Part shown: piece by piece, positions 59,402 through 64,000 of the stretch | Layout: every line of letters starts with the position of its first letter | Numbering within the stretch: position 1 is the first letter of the stretch | From: Bdellovibrionota bacterium | GTDB lineage: Bacteria; Bdellovibrionota_G; JALEGL01; DATDPG01 | Length of the DNA: 64,000 nt | Assembly (NCBI GenBank): GCA_963668355.1 | Contig: OY764265.1 | Location: forward strand, 224,001 to 288,000 | Direction of reading: 5' to 3' | The notes under the pieces: generated by a model | The model's input: only the letters and a program-made list of their open reading frames with translations | Databases searched by the model: none | What the model was told of the DNA's origin: nothing | Translations under genes and position numbers: made by a program

Positions 59402-60100
59402 TCATGCTCCCATTGCCTCTGGTTCAGGTTTGGGTCTGCGAACTTGTGTGGCGGCCGCGATGTACACGGCAGCTAGAATGCTAAAGATGTAGGCCTGCAC
59501 CATACCGGTGAGCAGACCGAGCACCGTCATGATGATCGGAAAAACGAATGGGGTGATGGTGAGAAGAATCGCGATAATCATCGCGCCGCTCATCATATTG
59601 CCGAACAGGCGAATGGCTAAAGCCAACGTGCGTGAAATTTCGCTGATGATGTTAAACGGCAACATGATGAACGTGGGTTCCATATAAGACTTGAGGTAGC
59701 CGCTTAACCCCTGGTCTTCGATGCCAAAGAACGGAACCGCCACAAACACGCAAAGCGCGAGCGCCGCCGTGGTAGAGAGCGATCCGGTCGGCGGCTCATA
59801 GCCCGGAATGACCGTGCAGAGACTGGCGACTCCGACAAAAAGAAAGAGTGTGCCCAAAAAACCCAGATATTTGTTCGGCTCACGTAATCCGACGTCTTCA
59901 ATTTGTTTCTCGATCCCGGTGACGATGATCTCCAGAAGGTTTTGCCAACGGGAACGTTGCAAACCTGTAGAAAGGTTTCGCGTGATCAAGAATGAAGTGA
60001 TCGTCATTACGAACATCAATCCCCACGTGAATACAATGGTGGCATTGAGTGTGAGAAACCCGTATTCCCAGAAGATGATCTCATCAGGACTAAGGCGCAT
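59402..60100 (-). CDS. atpB: N-ATPase a subunit
   Basis: PPTGSLSTT, SRTLALAIRLFGNM, QAYIF..LA.VY. Confidence 0.95.
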   Translation of the reverse strand: MRLSPDEIIFWEYGFLTLNATIVFTWGLMFVMTITSFLITRNLSTGLQRSRWQNLLEIIVTGIEKQIEDVGLREPNKYLGFLGTLFLFVGVASLCTVIPGYEPPTGSLSTTAALALCVFVAVPFFGIEDQGLSGYLKSYMEPTFIMLPFNIISEISRTLALAIRLFGNMMSGAMIIAILLTITPFVFPIIMTVLGLLTGMVQAYIFSILAAVYIAAATQVRRPKPEPEAMGA

Positions 60101-60407
60101 GGTTGGTCTCCTGCAATGGGGGGGATTGCTGTGCTCTTGACGGCCGGGTCAACCAGGTTATGAGGAGGCGCACCATGACAAAGCCAAGGAGGCCCGCCAA
60201 CAACCTCTCCCAATGACCCCCGCGCGCTAAAAGAAAGAAAGCAGTTAGAGCGATGCTCATTCGCAACAACAGGCTGCCGAAGAACCAAAGCGCCGACCGT
60301 TTAGACGAAACGCCCTTGCGGACGGTCCACCAGAGACCACCGAAGAATATCGCACCCAGCAAAATGCCCGCCATGAGAGCCAGGACTAGGTTCAAAGGTT
60401 CATTCAT
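60090..60407 (-). CDS. atpR: N-ATPase AtpR subunit
   Basis: G..LGAIFFGGLWWTV, SLLLR, LLGF..VR. Confidence 0.88.
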   Translation of the reverse strand: MNEPLNLVLALMAGILLGAIFFGGLWWTVRKGVSSKRSALWFFGSLLLRMSIALTAFFLLARGGHWERLLAGLLGFVMVRLLITWLTRPSRAQQSPPLQETNHAP

Positions 60408-60709
60408 GATGATCCTCTTGTTCTTCTCGCATGGCCTTGTCTTCCTTGGACATCCAATGCCACGCGTTTAGGCAGCCGATCGTGAGCCCTGCCACCAAAA
60501 GCGCCAGCGTCCACGAGTGGCTTCCGGCATATCTATGATCCAGCCAAATTCCCAGTGCGGCACCAAGCAGCGTCGGAACCACGACCGACCAACCGATCAG
60601 ACCCATCATGCCCAAGCCAAACCAGATACCCTGCCCGGGGTTGCGTCGTGCCTTAAGTTTGCGTTCCACCTTTGCGCCGATCTCTCGATGAAACGTGTAC
60701 GGGTTTTTC

Positions 60710-60717
<8 letters not shown>
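60400..60717 (-). CDS. atpQ: N-ATPase AtpQ (AtpZ/AtpI-family)
   Basis: GLGMMGLIGWSVVVPTLLG..LG.WLD..GCLNAWHW. Confidence 0.88.

Positions 60718-64000
<3,283 letters not shown>

Overview
A gene-dense 64 kb stretch of a diderm (Gram-negative) bacterial chromosome. The many orphan secreted proteins and lipoproteins are compatible with a Bdellovibrionota/deltaproteobacterium-like host, but this is an impression only. Region 1-45 kb, moderately AT-rich, holds an EVE + Rcl/DNPH1-like N-glycosidase pair, a class II photolyase, a DtxR-family regulator with two operator-like palindromes and a TetR-TolC-MFP-RND efflux operon. It also holds a locus bracketed by TWO convergent cobalamin riboswitches controlling proteins that are not canonical B12 transporters or enzymes, two large surface lipoproteins, an NhaR-like LysR gene with a general-stress cluster sharing a palindromic motif, a cupin-nrfH-nrfA operon (CXXCH-type NrfA), miaA, mntP, tspO and a ZIP transporter. 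Region 45-49.8 kb is an accessory patch: a nucleotidyltransferase/antitoxin-like pair, two near-identical 134-bp MITE-like elements flanking eamA/PAP2/dgkA, a possible toxin-immunity pair and several hairpin elements. It is bounded by two related tRNA-Glu-3'-end-like (att-like) sites. Region 49.8-64 kb is a visibly GC-richer island: ackA remnant, groEL-groES-hsp20, small stress proteins, and a phosphoketolase-coupled N-ATPase operon (atpDCQRBEFAG) with an HPF/RaiA-like gene between atpA and atpG. No CRISPR array, rRNA, intact tRNA or integrase was seen. All calls come from reading the sequence by eye; no searches were run.
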